The notes beneath the pieces were generated by a model that did not search any database, was not told where the DNA came from, and was given only the letters and a program-made list of their open reading frames with translations. Below are positions 40,684-54,072 of a DNA stretch of 60,000 nt, piece by piece. Made by a program: the position numbers and the translations under genes. Numbering within the stretch: position 1 is the first letter of the stretch; each line of letters starts with the position of its first letter. Origin of the DNA: Botryllus schlosseri (lineage: Eukaryota); assembly GCA_051294905.1 (NCBI GenBank), contig CM119371.1, forward strand, positions 7,070,001 through 7,130,000, given 5' to 3'.

Positions 40684-40879
40684 TGCGACGGCCTTTCCTG
40701 CCGAAGTGGTATCTTTCAGGGTTTGTTAACACATAATTAATGTGACGGCCTTTCCTGCCGTAAAATAACTCATAGGTTTGTTTACACATATAATGCATGT
40801 GACGGCCTGTCCTGCCGTAAAGCAGCTCCGAGGTTAGTTTACACATCTAATGAATGTGACGGCCTTTCCTGCCGTAAAG
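40684..40879. repeat. 57-bp tandem repeat with internal hairpin acggc-N7-gccgt
   Basis: units start at 40684, 40741, 40798, 40855. Confidence 0.95.
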
Positions 40880-42334
40880 TTCATTCATGACATATCGCTA
40901 CATGATACACCATTCAATCACAATAGTCATGCACGATCCAATGTTTTAATCACTATCTGTTATATCTCTGCGTTCCTTTGTATCGGTGTGTATAAGCTTT
41001 TTATTCATTCGTATGTACCGTGTCTCACAAACAATCGATCTGATTTACCACGAATCTCTAACTCTACACATGCTCCAATAAGGTAGAGGTTCCTAGCTTA
41101 GTCTAAGGGCGCGTAGCTAGTTATAACGCGTAACTCCGGGAGGTTTCAACATTAAGGACTTTGTATCGTTGACCCGATTAACATGGCCATATGCCAATTA
41201 AAGTGCACTTGATGATACTACCCTTAACAAGGTGTTGCTTATTCGAACACTGTTAGATACCCAGGGTCCCTTTTACGGGTTTCTGAAGAAATCCCTAACC
41301 ATTTCTAATCCTAAGCTTCTATCCCGTTAGGGTGAAGGGTCCCGACACTAATATAGGGCGTGGTCGGTGTATAACGCCTTATTAATACCTACAGTTGTAG
41401 TACTCGCTATTAAATTACTGCAGTAACAACCAACTATTCTCATATTAAATGTTCATAACTTATACCTATATTTAAGACATGTTAGCGTCATCTTAAAGCA
41501 ATATGATGGTAAATGTCAAAGATTAGGTAAATGCAGTACTTGAACAATATAGGAAAGATAGGCGTCACGTTGCAATAATACGTCATAGTAAACCCTCCCA
41601 TGAAAATACCCTTTTGCAGATTGATTTTTGCCAATACAGTAAACTTCATAGTTCATACACGTCATGATTGCAATACGACAAAATGGCGCTCGTCAGGCGC
41701 ATTCACTTCGTAAAGTGAATACGCGGACAAAGCGGGTTTTAGGCTAGTGTCATATTCCATCATCGACATATCAGTTTCGAAAAACGAATGTGTGGATAAG
41801 TTCAACCATGGGTTACTTTTCTAAGGTCTTTATATTAGCAGTACTGGCCTGAAGTATTCCTAATGTTATAGGCCTAGTAATTCCGGTTATATAATATTTC
41901 TGTATTTATTGTAGTTGGTGCCTAAAACGTTTTGGAAAGTCTGTCGATATTCTTGGTCTAAAGACCAAGGTATCGATCCATTATTTTAGTAGCCCTAATC
42001 GTTTTGGAAAGTATATCGGTCTTCTCCAGGATCTACCACCAAGGTACCGAGGTAGCAATTTGAAATCCGTTGACATTGTTGTTTGCGATTAGATAGCCGG
42101 CAACTATACTGGCGCTTCAGCGCTAGGACGTAAAATCGACACAAGGCCCCGATACACATGACAACACAAAATGGACACAGTAGCCAACGAACTGGCTCGC
42201 TGCTCCGTGACCATTTACAGCGTCTCCACAGGGGCATTGACGTCCTGATCAGAATGGTATTGAGTGTATTGACCTTGCCGGAATAGTAGCACTTGTGACG
42301 TTCAGATATAGTTAAATATATTTCCATTTCGAGT

Positions 42335-42494
42335 CAGACCCAGACAACTAAAAAATTTTCAGCTTTTCCGAATTAGATGAGATTTAGAGCTACACAGCTT
42401 TTTCAAATTATGTTAAAATTAGAATTAGATTACTGGCATTTCGCTCTAATTCCGTGAGATTAGACGACTAGGATTATTTAGTTGTCCAAGCCTG
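42335..42494. mobile_element. short hAT-like MITE (aattaga-rich family)
   Basis: imperfect TIRs cagacccagacaactaaa/tttagttgtccaagcctg; TSD tttcgagt/gttcgagt. Confidence 0.75.
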
Positions 42495-43381
42495 GTTCGA
42501 GTCGCCTGCTGGCAGTACCAATAATAAATCCAATTTGACTTTGTCCTTGTTATTACTTAATGCGACAAGTCGGTATATTTCTGAAGCTATTCTTGAGTTA
42601 GTGCGTTTCATCTTACGTCAGCGAGGTAAATTGTCCTCAAAAACACTAAACAAGAATGCTCTAAAATGCTGACAAAACCATGGAATATCTAGGTACAAAG
42701 GCACCTGCCTTATTGTCGGCATAAATATGCACAGCGAACGGCACAATTGGCGCACTGCGATACCACATATTTACAACGCCGCAACATACCCTACGGAAAC
42801 TTTATCGCTGCTAGTGATTATTTTTCATCCTCACTAATTCTTGGTCCTAGTTCGGCCCATGTAAGCTTACACGAAATAATAGAGTGTTTTTCGGCATATT
42901 CAAATCTTGACTGGAGTCAGGCTCACTTTCAACTAGACACTTTCATCCCGCCAAATCTGTCGCAGCCAATTACTATACACGCGGCAGGATAGTTAGTACT
43001 ACTGCCCTGGATCGCAGTTTCGTGGTGTTTTGAAATGATGAAAATATTATTAAAACTGATTGACTAAACGCGGCATAAGCACTCGTCATTTCCTGCTTTT
43101 ATATCTCTAGACATTAGTATCTCTGGACTTTAATTAAACTATACTAACTGTCCTACTCAAATTTTCGCGTAAATGAATTACATACTATTCGTATTGATTA
43201 TTCGAGCGGGTTTCTGCAGATATGGATCAATACCGTTAAGCATGATCCGTTTTGAATACTATCGATAAAATGTGTTAATATGGTGTAGCCTTCTTTGTTT
43301 CATCAATGGCGACTAGGACTATATACTGCGCATGTTTGAGAACAAACGGCAATATTCGCGAAGGATTTCATATGTCGTCAC

Positions 43382-45591
43382 TAGGGCCATTTAAAGTCAT
43401 ATCTTTTTCTATGCATCAGTAAGTCGTGAAATCAATTTTAACGCAAAAACCGCATCCATATGGGGTATATTAAGAAAGTTATAAAGTCATATAAAGTCAT
43501 ATTTTCCTGGTTAGATCATATTTGAGTTATAAAGTCATATTGTTGTATACTTTAAATAAAAAGTGCCAAATGAAACAATTACGCACTAAGAAAGTAAGGC
43601 AATTTCCGATTGAACGAAGGCAAACTGTAAGGTTAGCCTACATAACATTACAGTCGCAGACTTACGAGGTCACACATTGCATTATGAGGTCACACATTGC
43701 ATTGTGTTGCTACATAATCTGTTTTACTTCTGTGCACTAGAGATGTACAGGATCAGGATTTTGGATTCTAACAGGTCAGGAATCCGGGTGATTTTTTGGC
43801 AACAGGATTGGATCCGGATTCCAAATTTTACTGTTTTGCCGGATCCGGATCAGGACAGGATTTTTATTTTAAGGAAAACCTGATCAGAATCATGTCCAAC
43901 ATGTTCAGATTCAGAACAGGCAAAAACTTATCTTTTCGGAGTTTATAAACTATATTTTTTACATGTCTGATAACATATATTTTCCGCTTAGGAAATTTGT
44001 CAGATCTTGATGTTGGTTGATATCGTTTGGGGTTCTTGTCTAATTCAGAATGTCTAAGATTTTAAAATTGATAGCTCGGAATGACATTGTTACGGCCGAA
44101 AATACCGCCACAAAGACGAAAAGTGATGTCTGGAGACAGTTCCGACATTTCGTAGACAAGCAAGATGGGAAATATGCTGGGTATGTCGTATGTCATGTGC
44201 TGCCATCCTGCCAATATTATCTCAAAGTTCAACTGATGAGCTCGAACACTACCATACATTATATTAGGAGTCCTCTGAGTGACTCGGAGATTGGAGATCA
44301 CATCGGCTTACTGAAATATTGAACGAATCTCAGTATCATTGCCAGGTATCCAAATCTCAGTAGACTTGCTGTTGGGTGTTGGGGTGATCAAAATCAGTAT
44401 TCCTGCATGCAGCATCAAATGCATCCTGTGAAAGGGCTTTCAGTTTGTGTGGGAATACTATTGCTAAAAAAAGATCCTTACTCTCAGCTTACAGATTACT
44501 AGACAGCTTACTAGATGTTTTAGTTGTATTGAAAAGTGCTGGTGAATGGTGACGATGTTTTCAAGTGAGGTCAGGCGGATTGTGTCATCATTTCTTTTTT
44601 TTCTGTCAGTCTGTATCTTAGCGATGACCACGTCGCACTTCTTGCATACAATTTTAGTTATCATCTGTCTGTTTGCAGTGTGTGAACTACTATTATTTTG
44701 TAAGTTCATCCTGCTTTCAGCTTCTGTTGATGTTTTCCAGAAACCACATATTGTAATATGATATTTACCGCTGCTCATAACATGGATCATGAAGCAATTT
44801 TTGAAAACAGGATTATTTTTGGACTCGGATAGTGAAATATGCGATTGCAACAGGATCAGGATTGGATCAGGATTATGATATCATGAAACAGGATTGGATC
44901 AGGATCTTAAAAAACCATGATCCGTACATCTCTACTGTGCACTGAAGTGGGACGTCATTTGAAGTTCAGAGACTTCCACAAGTGAAAGAAATAGTCAACG
45001 CATGGGAAGCTGAAGGAGTTTTTATAAAGAGCGTCAAAGATTCAGTGAACGAGCCAAAGTGGACGAGTTAACAGAAATATGCCTCCACTACAACAATATT
45101 TCAAACTTGATACTGAAAATGTAACGTACACTATCAAAGAGGCTCATGCTGATCTAAATGCCCTCGAATTCGCAAAAAATCCGCTTGAGCTCAAAAATTA
45201 CATTAAGAAGCGATTGGACAAAAACGATGTGAAACAAATTATGGAGCTACAAAGACAAGACATTTCACCAGCGCTGTATGCAAAACTGCAAAGTGTCAAC
45301 CCACATCAGCGTCTGTGGAGCGCTCATTTTCCTTACTAAAGTAATTTTACGTCCAATCGTAACTTTAAAGTCTCCAACATTCCACACTACATGAAACTAC
45401 TACAAAAGTGGTTTAAAATAAAAATGGATGCGTATTACTGTTATGTTGTTCATGTCTTACTCGTCAGTTCCATGAGTGACGTTGGTTACATGTAAAAATA
45501 CACGATTTTCGCATAAAGTCATATAAAGTCATATTTTCCCAAAAATAAAGTCATATAATTGATTTTTTAAGGTCATATAAAAATGGACCTA
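43382..45591 (+). mobile_element. internally deleted hAT transposon with transposase C-terminal remnant
   Basis: TIRs tagggccattt/aaatggaccta; TSD gtcgtcac/gtcatcac; frameshifted CQPTSASVERSFSLLK motif at ~45294-45341 following ORF 45079. Confidence 0.88.
43738..44934 (+). mobile_element. nested internally deleted hAT (Ac-type) transposon
   Basis: TIRs tagagatgtac/gtacatctcta; perfect TSD ctgtgcac; BED-finger start KSDVWRQF...YVVC and dimerization remnants RYPNLSRLA / ASCERAFSLCG. Confidence 0.92.
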
Positions 45592-45632
45592 GTCATCACC
45601 CATTCGAATTACAACAGAATATGACTGATATC

Positions 45633-46762
45633 CAGAGGTGGTTGGTCACGAAGTACTTCTACTTTTTGGAAGTACTCAAGTAGTTTTCCTCTACTTCTGG
45701 TACTTATTCAAGTAGATCTGATTTTCTCTACTTCTACTTCTACTTCGTAATATTTTGTGATCTACTTACTTAATTTTCGCTATTTTCAGTTTGTCAAGTA
45801 GAAGTAGTCTAATTCCCCAATACGAACGATAACTTGAGGAATTCCGCGGCTGTTTTCATGGAGTACCAACATTTAATATTCATAAGAGTCAAGTAAAGCC
45901 CAGGAATTTTATTGCGCTTCGCGCATAGTAGTAATGGAGTGACAAATATGTTTTCATGAAAGTATCAGTGAATGTAATTTAGGTACCGGATGCTTGGTTC
46001 CTCTCACACCGCATTGTCGTCCTTATCAAATATTTCATCACAGTAAATATGGCTCACCACAACGTTTGAAACTACTGTTTCACAATCTAGCAATTGCCTA
46101 TCATATTGTAATCTAGCAGCCCGTTACGTGTCTTGATAATCTGGAAAATCCAGCTTTTTTGAACGTTACACCTGTTTTAGCAGATGACCTTTTAAGCTTT
46201 GTAGACAAAATACAGGAAATATATTCTCCGCTTTTTAGAAGTGGTATTTGTATTTCATTTTAATTAACGTATAATAATCACGCAAAGTGATGTAACCGTA
46301 TCCGACACATTTTCTACGTATTGCTCTTTGCCTAAACTTGTGGCCTTATAATATGGGGTAGGGCGCAATCCCATGATATTCTCTAAAAACGGGGTGTTCC
46401 AGTAAACAAAAGATAAGTATCGCATTTTCATATCAGTACTATAATTTGCATCCCATGATGCGAAACAATAGTTATTATGTCGAAAGTTGATACCTCCTGG
46501 GATGCATCAATACGAATCAAGCTCCCTGCACGGGCCGCATAGCTCAATTCGCAGCTTTTGACAGTCCATGCGAACGAATTAAGACTGTTTTCAAAACTAC
46601 TTACTTACTTGAGTAGATATAAAGTCAGTTAATTCTACTTCTACTTCAAGTAGTTTTAGGTGGCTTATTGAAGAAGTACTTCTACTTGTACTTGAGTAGA
46701 TTTTTCCGTCGCTACTCCTACTTCTACTTGAGTAGCTTTCTTGACTACTTTGACCACCTCTG
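45633..46762. mobile_element. non-autonomous hAT-like element
   Basis: TIRs cagaggtggt/accacctctg; perfect TSD ctgatatc. Confidence 0.9.
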
Positions 46763-46932
46763 CTGATATCATCCACAAGTCAGTTTTTCTTTTCTTTAGC
46801 AATTGTCATACAATTCGAACCCTCTCTGTCTTTCAGCGTTCCCTTTCTTTGAATTCAAATCGACTAGCACTTTTTATACAGTTGCACTGTGTTCCAGAAT
46901 AGCTATAACCATAAACTCTTGTGACCTCAGAA

Positions 46933-47130
46933 CAGTGTGGAGATCAAACCACTACCTTCGAGTCACGAGTCACCTTGAGACATTACACATTTCGACCCGA
47001 GCCCAGCCAAGTACCGTCAAGTCATCATTCAAGTCAAATTGAATTTTCGAAGTATGCATGATTGCATGATGATGCAAAGTCACTACACTTTGCCAACTGG
47101 GTGTAGGACAAATTAATTGGTCATTTATCT
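46933..47130 (+). mobile_element. left-end fragment of the family at 58369-59240
   Basis: shares caagtcaaattgaattttcgaagtatg...gcaaagtcactaca with ~58500-58550. Confidence 0.75.
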
Positions 47131-50100
47131 TGAATCAAATACTGAATAAACTTAAATTTACATACGCTCTGATCTTCGATGACGTAACCTCGGTGCAACA
47201 ATGCCAGCCTCGTCCGTGCGTAGATGCGGTCTGCCTATAAGCTTCAATTCCTCCGCTTCGTGTTGGAGTCCGAATTGGACTGGATAGATGGTGATTCGAG
47301 GCTGCTTATATGCATTTCTGTTTCAAAAACAAACAAGGTCTTCCCTGCCAAGAGCTGGCTATAAGTTTCGGGCCCAGTTCGTGATGAGTTATTTTCTTTT
47401 TAATCTTTTTATGAATCACAGTTCGTGCTCCATCCGCGGCCATTAACTAATTGTTTTCGGCTCTACCAGCTACCAAAATGGCACAGCTTCGTGTGCGAGT
47501 TAATCTCCCTCATCATTATAAATGACCCATTATAACGACTTCGTGCACGAGCAGAAATAACTAAGTGTCACGATTCGGCCTCGGCTCCTTATTTGGATAG
47601 AAACATCGGTCGCCCTTTTTGATTTTGTGCCAAACCAATACATTGCAGTACCTCGCTCGCTGCAATCACCTTTCCCCCACTCAGAGAAATACATTACCTT
47701 TGGGTTGTCAGTCCTTTTACAAGCTTACTCAGCAACCCACACACAACAACGTCTAACAACAAGAATTCTTCAATTCGGGTTTTCATGCGAAGCCTAGCTT
47801 GAACTCCGGGATCCTAGTATTTTTAGGCGTCAGAGGCATACCCTGTACGACCTTAGCTTGGCTGGCCCATAATTGGTCGAAGCGACGACCTAGCGCATCA
47901 CAAATAGCCCCCCTTTTTTAATAAAAGGGCGACTTTTGTTCATATATTTCTTTAGGTCGCCAGCGGGCGCTGTTGTTTCATTATGCGCACACGAAATTCA
48001 TTCGAGGTTCTCCTAAACTGGATTATAGCATAGAGAGTACCGCACGAATAATTTGTATCTTCTTTGTACGGGCGAAACCAGAATACATATATTCTTGCGC
48101 GCTGTGTCAAATACATGCGACATCATATGCCAACGATTGTTAACACACGGCGTTGATCACCCGAATTTAGTGCGAGTTTAGAATCCCGGACTATTGTTGA
48201 TTTTCCTGAGGTGAATTTATTGAAATTCAACGTCGAGTTAACTTTATGTTTTCTTTCACCGAATAGTTGCAAAATTGCGGAGTTTTAAAAGGGTCAAAAT
48301 ACAACTACAGGTCACATTACTTTGGTATAGATACAGTATCACGTCAGATATATCTTCGCTTGTATATTTATATCGGCCGCACGAGATACGTAGCTGGGTG
48401 TTTACCTTAGATGGATTGTTCTCGAGTTTCATGATCAAAAAGTGGTAGGTTCACGCGGGTTTTCACTACGCGGCCATCCATATGGTAATCTCGTTATCAT
48501 GTTGCATCACCAACCAGCAAGCCAGTGTCGAAAACGTCCGTTCAGCAAAACTACTTGAACTAATTCAGAACTCGCACCGCCGCGAATCTCGCGCCTCATC
48601 AGCACCTGACAGCACAACCCAACGCCAAGCACCGCATAATGCACTTCTGCACAGTATTAATTACAGAGCAAACGCTTACCATACTGACCAAGCGATCAAT
48701 TGTACAAAGCAGATGAGAATTAACATCCATCATGCGGTATATACGGGAGAGCACAGATAATAACGCGCGAATGATCAGGCTATTATTGTATCTCCCCTAT
48801 AAAGGTGAGATCGTAATTCACATTTTCCTACGTGCTATGTCAAATACCCGTGACAACGCATCCCCACGATCGCTAACACACGGCGCTTTTCACCCGCGTG
48901 AATGGAGATTCAAATTGAGTGTGAATTTAGGATCACATACAATTGTCGTTTTTCTGACGTGAGCTTACCGAACTAATTTCAACAATAATTCCAAAGGTCA
49001 TGTATTCCCGTATGTATATAAAAAAAACGCAACTACAGGTCGCATTAATTTGGTAAATTAAAAGTCCGCTGCTCGCCGTCATATTAACTTTGCCGCAACG
49101 ATAGGTCTTCGCATCTCATTCGAGTTATACCATATGGCATCGATTATGAAATTTGACCCTTTATAACTTCCTGAATTCGCATCGCCCATTAAGCGATAAC
49201 AGTTATTCACTCTACCAAGCTAGATTTAAATATGTGGTTGCCGCGATTCACTGACTATACAGCCGGCGAGTTCACATTTCGCCTCAATTAAAATGGCCGA
49301 CAGATTATACCTCTGATCGTTAATGTTCGTTCCTTGTATTTATCCTCGGTACACGAATACTACATTAATGCCTTCAAGTTCAGATTACTCTACACTACAT
49401 TTCTACCCTTTTCTTTACGCTTACACGTCAATTTTTGGTGGGGTTAAGTTCATCTGTTCCATATGAGTTCAAATAAACTTCAATAAAATATATGCTTCGT
49501 CATATTACACTTCTTTTACAACCATTCTCTCGAATTTCAAACAGTGTTCTCCGTGTAACAGAGGGTACTAGGTATATGAGAACCGAGGGTTTGTACCTCT
49601 AACACGCAGCCAGAGAGTTCAAAGTACTTGTATTGACTACTGTTTTTGGTATCTATGCTTTACGCTCAAAGTTTATATTAAATGCGATTTATTCCTTGTA
49701 CAGGTGGACAAAGACACGATTGAAGTATCGATTCAGAAATCCGACCCACCGAATGGAGAAGTTGCCCGCCCCGGTTCTGAATGTTCAGTTGTTCACGCAT
49801 AATTATCAGGTCGACAACTTGCTAGATTTCCCAATTTCATGCTTTCAAAATAGTTTACTTTTGGAAACAGTAGACAAGTAATAAATCCAATTGTGTAAAA
49901 TTCATTTCGCAGAAAATTATGATAATTTACTATTACGCAGTAGGGTGGAGTGAAAAATGAAAATTTTCGAATTTCAAAAATGTGTCTTGATATGTGGTGC
50001 CAAATAGCATTGAATAAATAAATTCTGTCATAATTTTGGGTTCGTACACCCTCTGGTGGTCGTGCACTTTCACCGAACGAGCCGAAAATAGCCAATTTCG

Positions 50101-51289
50101 CCATATCTTGATATAACCGCTTACACTAGAAAGCTGGTTTTGGGCTTAAAAAAGCAGAAGCAACATGTGTCTATCTTACTTCCATGGAACTTACTCTTAA
50201 AAATGAACAGAAAAAAGTTTTTTCTGTTCTGATTTTATAGGTAAAATTAAGCACTGAAGCAGTGGGTATAGGATGTCAAAAGCGTGTATTGATTGATCTT
50301 ATGACTGAGCATCAATAACAACTACTTTTCAAAACTTCCTCAAACAAATGAAGCCCCCTCCAAGTATAAATAGGGCTCGGGCATCGAATAGTGACTGTTA
50401 AAACTGCATTTACAAATGCGTACTTCGGTAGTGCGGCCTCGCGATATAGTGATAAGTTTAAAACAGTGACCGTCAAGAGATTTCTTACTAACATGCTGTT
50501 GTAGGGTTTGTATCACATATATCACAAGGCCCCGGATTGAAAACACTAAAATTGAAATTCCCAATTCCGCATTCAGAACACAAACTGTTGTGTTCCTCTT
50601 AAACTATTCCTTGATCTTCTATCAAAGAAGGCTATACCGATGCAGTACAAGTACGACCACGTTTATTCACGACCAAACCTTAACAGAACTACGACACGCG
50701 AAATACTAACGACGGTAGGAACACAGGAAAACAATCAACGAGCATGAGTCATCATTGACAAACGCAAAGTAATTCCACAACACAAACATCAATGCTGTAT
50801 TGGAAACAGAAAATTTTTGTACAGGCTGCACAAACATTAATATCATGTTTAGTATTAAAATATTTCGTATGATTTTGAGACTTCAGTTTTTGTCTGATGA
50901 GGCCATCTCTACGTTTGAATTCTAAAACATGGACAGATGCATCGGTGACCACTGTCACAATGTCCACTGCCTCGTTGTGGCAAGGATGACAGCCGTAATG
51001 GTGAGGATCTTGGGTTTTCCAGCTCGAGATCTGACAAGGTCTTGATTTCAGGCGGCTGTGCAATATCTTTTTTTAGGTTTGGTTTCATTTATATATCCAA
51101 CTTCAAAGTCGTAAATTTGAATTTGGTACGATGTGGTTGATCCAGCATAGCTGCAATCTCTACAAGTCTTCGGACGCTTTTCTCCTCGTCACCAAGCATT
51201 CCCAGCTAAACATTTTCTGGGTGATCAAAATAAGCATTTCTTTGTAGCATAGATATTGCAAGAGAACGAATTCATGTATCAGGCAGCTT

Positions 51290-51293
<4 letters not shown>

Positions 51294-51323
<30 letters not shown>

Positions 51324-51777
51324 TTTATTTTCATCAAACCAAAATACATAACACACGGCAGTGGTGATGGTACAGAAAATATGCATGCACACTGCACAGT
51401 ATTCGGTATTAGGTAGGAATGACCGATAAGACCGTGAAGGTCATCTAGTCTGATCACACCAGCATCAAACAGGTACACTTGACTCTAAGCAGTCTGGCTG
51501 TAAAAAATGTTACAGTAGTTAAAAAAAATAAAATAGAAGAAAAATTAAACGATGGTATAGCAAATGATCAATGAAGCAATGTCTGGACGAGGTATGGCAA
51601 CAGTGTTAGTGTGACGATAAGAGGTGACCAAGTAGGGCTTTTTGGAATCTATTATAGGGCAATTCACGGATATGTGGTGGTAATGCATTCCAGATGATAG
51701 GTCCCGAGTAGTCGATGGACCTCTTAGTTAAGTTGCTATTGGGTGGGGGTAAGTAGATCTTTCCATTAGACGAGGAA
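51294..51777 (-). mobile_element. 5'-truncated LINE (CR1/L2/Crack group) 3' end with (CT)n tail
   Basis: ORF2 C-terminal-type motif KRSIDYSGPIIWNALP...FQKAL, 3' UTR, AATAAA then (CT)n; absent from copy A (~15283). Confidence 0.8.
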
Positions 51778-52924
51778 CAGGAAACTATATCGTAGACAAT
51801 TTTTGCGCCATCAACAACGGAATTGTGCATTTTTATTTCAAACCATGACACAAAATAGACTTCCATGCGGAATTGAGCAAGACATAGTTCAGATTTCTCG
51901 ATGATAACTCTGTCCCACACAGTACCTTGTAAATTTGGCATGTGAGAGTCAACAATCTTGCATGAACGATCGGCTCAGCCTCTAAATATTGCAGATCTGC
52001 TTCCAATTGGCGACTTAGATGGATATATAAATGAAACCAAACCTAAAAACAGCAACATTGACACCAGCATCAGATTCTTCCGAATTCCAACTATGAATAT
52101 CGATTCTACATCTTCCAAATTGTCAACTTAAAATCAGACATATCGAAAAGCCGCCTGCAACCATGACCTTGTCAGATCTCGAGCTGGAAAACCCAAGATA
52201 ATCACCAATTTCGCCCAGATATTCTGGCCACAACCAGGCAGTGATGACTAAAGCATCTGCGCATGTTTCAGGATTCAAAAGTAAAGATGGCCTCATCAGA
52301 CAAAAACTGAAGTCTCGCAAATATTTTGTTTCCAATATAGAATTGATATTTTTGTTTTGAATGTGGATCTCCAATTTTTGTGCTTTCAATCAGGAGCTTT
52401 GTGATGCATGTGATACAAACCCTACAACAGCATGTTGGTAAAAATGTCTTTACAGTGACTGTTTTTAGGTTATCGAAATCGCGAGGCCGCACTACCGATG
52501 AACGCCGTTTTAGGTACAGTTTTAGAAGTCACTATTGATGCCCGAGCCCTATTTATACTTGGAGGGGGCTTCATTTGTTTGAGCAAGTTTCGAAAAGTAG
52601 TTGCAATTGATAAGGTATGTTGCTCAGTCATAAGATCAATCACTACACGCTTTTGACATCCCACCCACTGCTTCAGTGCTTAATTTGCGTGTAACTTTGT
52701 TCTGTTCATTTTCAAGAGTAAGTTCTGTGGAAGTGAGATAGAAACATATTGCTTCTGCATCTTTTAAGCATAAAACTGACTTTCTAGTGTAAGCGGTTAT
52801 CAAGATATGGCGAAATTGGCTATTTTCGGCTCGCTCGGTGAAAGTGCACGACCACTAGAGGGCGTACGAAACAAAATTGATGACAGAATTTATTTATTTG
52901 CTATTTGGCACCACATATCAAGAT

Positions 52925-53428
52925 TAGGCATGGGCAAAATCGAGTACCTGAGTGATTCGATTCTGAATCACGTAATATGCTTCGAGTCGAGTATCACTCG
53001 TTATGACGTCATAAGAGAATGTAATACGTCAAAGTTCAAATATGTACCGTTTATGCCCCCACAAGGAATATAATGCCTTTTATCCGTCTCATAAATGATA
53101 ATTTGGTATTTTTTCGACCATACCGATTTCATTCCACTTGGTGACAATGTTGTGAGATAATCTTGACTTCGGAAATGTGCTACGTCCTGTAATCTTCGTA
53201 GCTTCGTACCATATGTTTCGTGTGCTACGATACCGCCAATCAAGGTTTCAAGGCTTCACCAGTGAAAATTAGTATCGAAACTATAATACTCGTTGATAAA
53301 TTAACTTTCAGTGGCGAGAAGCGTATAATTTCAGTACTCGAAAAAATCGTATTTTACTACTCGACTCGAATCATTAAAATTAATACTCGATTCAGATTCG
53401 AGTACTCGAATCTTTGTGCCCAGCCCTA
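52925..53428. mobile_element. hAT (Ac-type) MITE
   Basis: TIRs taggcatgggca/tgcccagcccta; perfect TSD atcaagat. Confidence 0.92.
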
Positions 53429-54072
53429 ATCAAGATACTTTTTCGAAATTCAAAAATTTTAATTTTTCACTCCATCCTATTACGCCGTTGTAAGCAACAG
53501 ATAGGACAAACGCAGAGGGACATTGAATTTCAAGCCTAACCTGAACACAGTCGTGTCCTAAATTTAGTGTTGATATATTTATAGAAATCTGCTCTTCCAA
53601 AGCCTCAGGTCCAGCAAACAACAACATAATATTATTCAAAATACTGAGACAAAGTGAAAATGTCAAAATAGTTGTTGTAACTAGAGCAAAATAATCAAAA
53701 CATCTGTAAGATCACCTGTACATAGTAAGTGTTAGAATTTGGAATCTAAATTGCTGTTATTACCAAGTCAAGAAAGAGACCGTATTTTGGCGTTGGAAAT
53801 AGTCAGGATTAACATATCTGCCAAAAAGCAATGCTCCTTGTCCTTTTTATAGAAGTGACACAATTTTCATTTTGCAAATATGCCACGACCCACCACTCAG
53901 ACTCGATCTCCTTTTAAGCGGCGACAATACGGCAGGTGTAAGCCTAGCGGTGCATATCAAACCATAGTTCGTTTTCATGAGCACGAGAATGCCAAATGTA
54001 TGTATCGTAAGCTTGGTTTGTTTTGAACTAAACGGTTCTTCTGTAACAAAATCTATCCAGTTGTCTGAGCCT

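Larger units (their letters stand above)
36155..49584. mobile_element. 13.4-kb insertion of undetermined class flanked by 9-bp direct repeat gagggtttg
   Basis: gagggtttg at 36146-36154 and 49585-49593; empty site in unit 2 at ~25994-26002; splits the MITE 35983-49774. Confidence 0.8.
49941..53479. mobile_element. palindromic foldback hAT-like element, copy B, with nested insertions
   Basis: same termini and core as 14016-16603; TSD ttacgcag/ttacgccg; empty sites at ~7721 and ~26386. Confidence 0.93.

Noticed and set aside
40592..40846. repetitive 84-aa ORF
   Set aside because: Explained by the 57-bp repeat; no independent coding evidence
47160..47900. possible integrase C-terminal remnant (PKLIASSWQG on minus strand)
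   Set aside because: Too short and stop-ridden to support without a profile search
51606..51941. 111-aa ORF as a real gene
   Set aside because: Chance fusion of foldback-element core with a LINE ORF2 C-terminus
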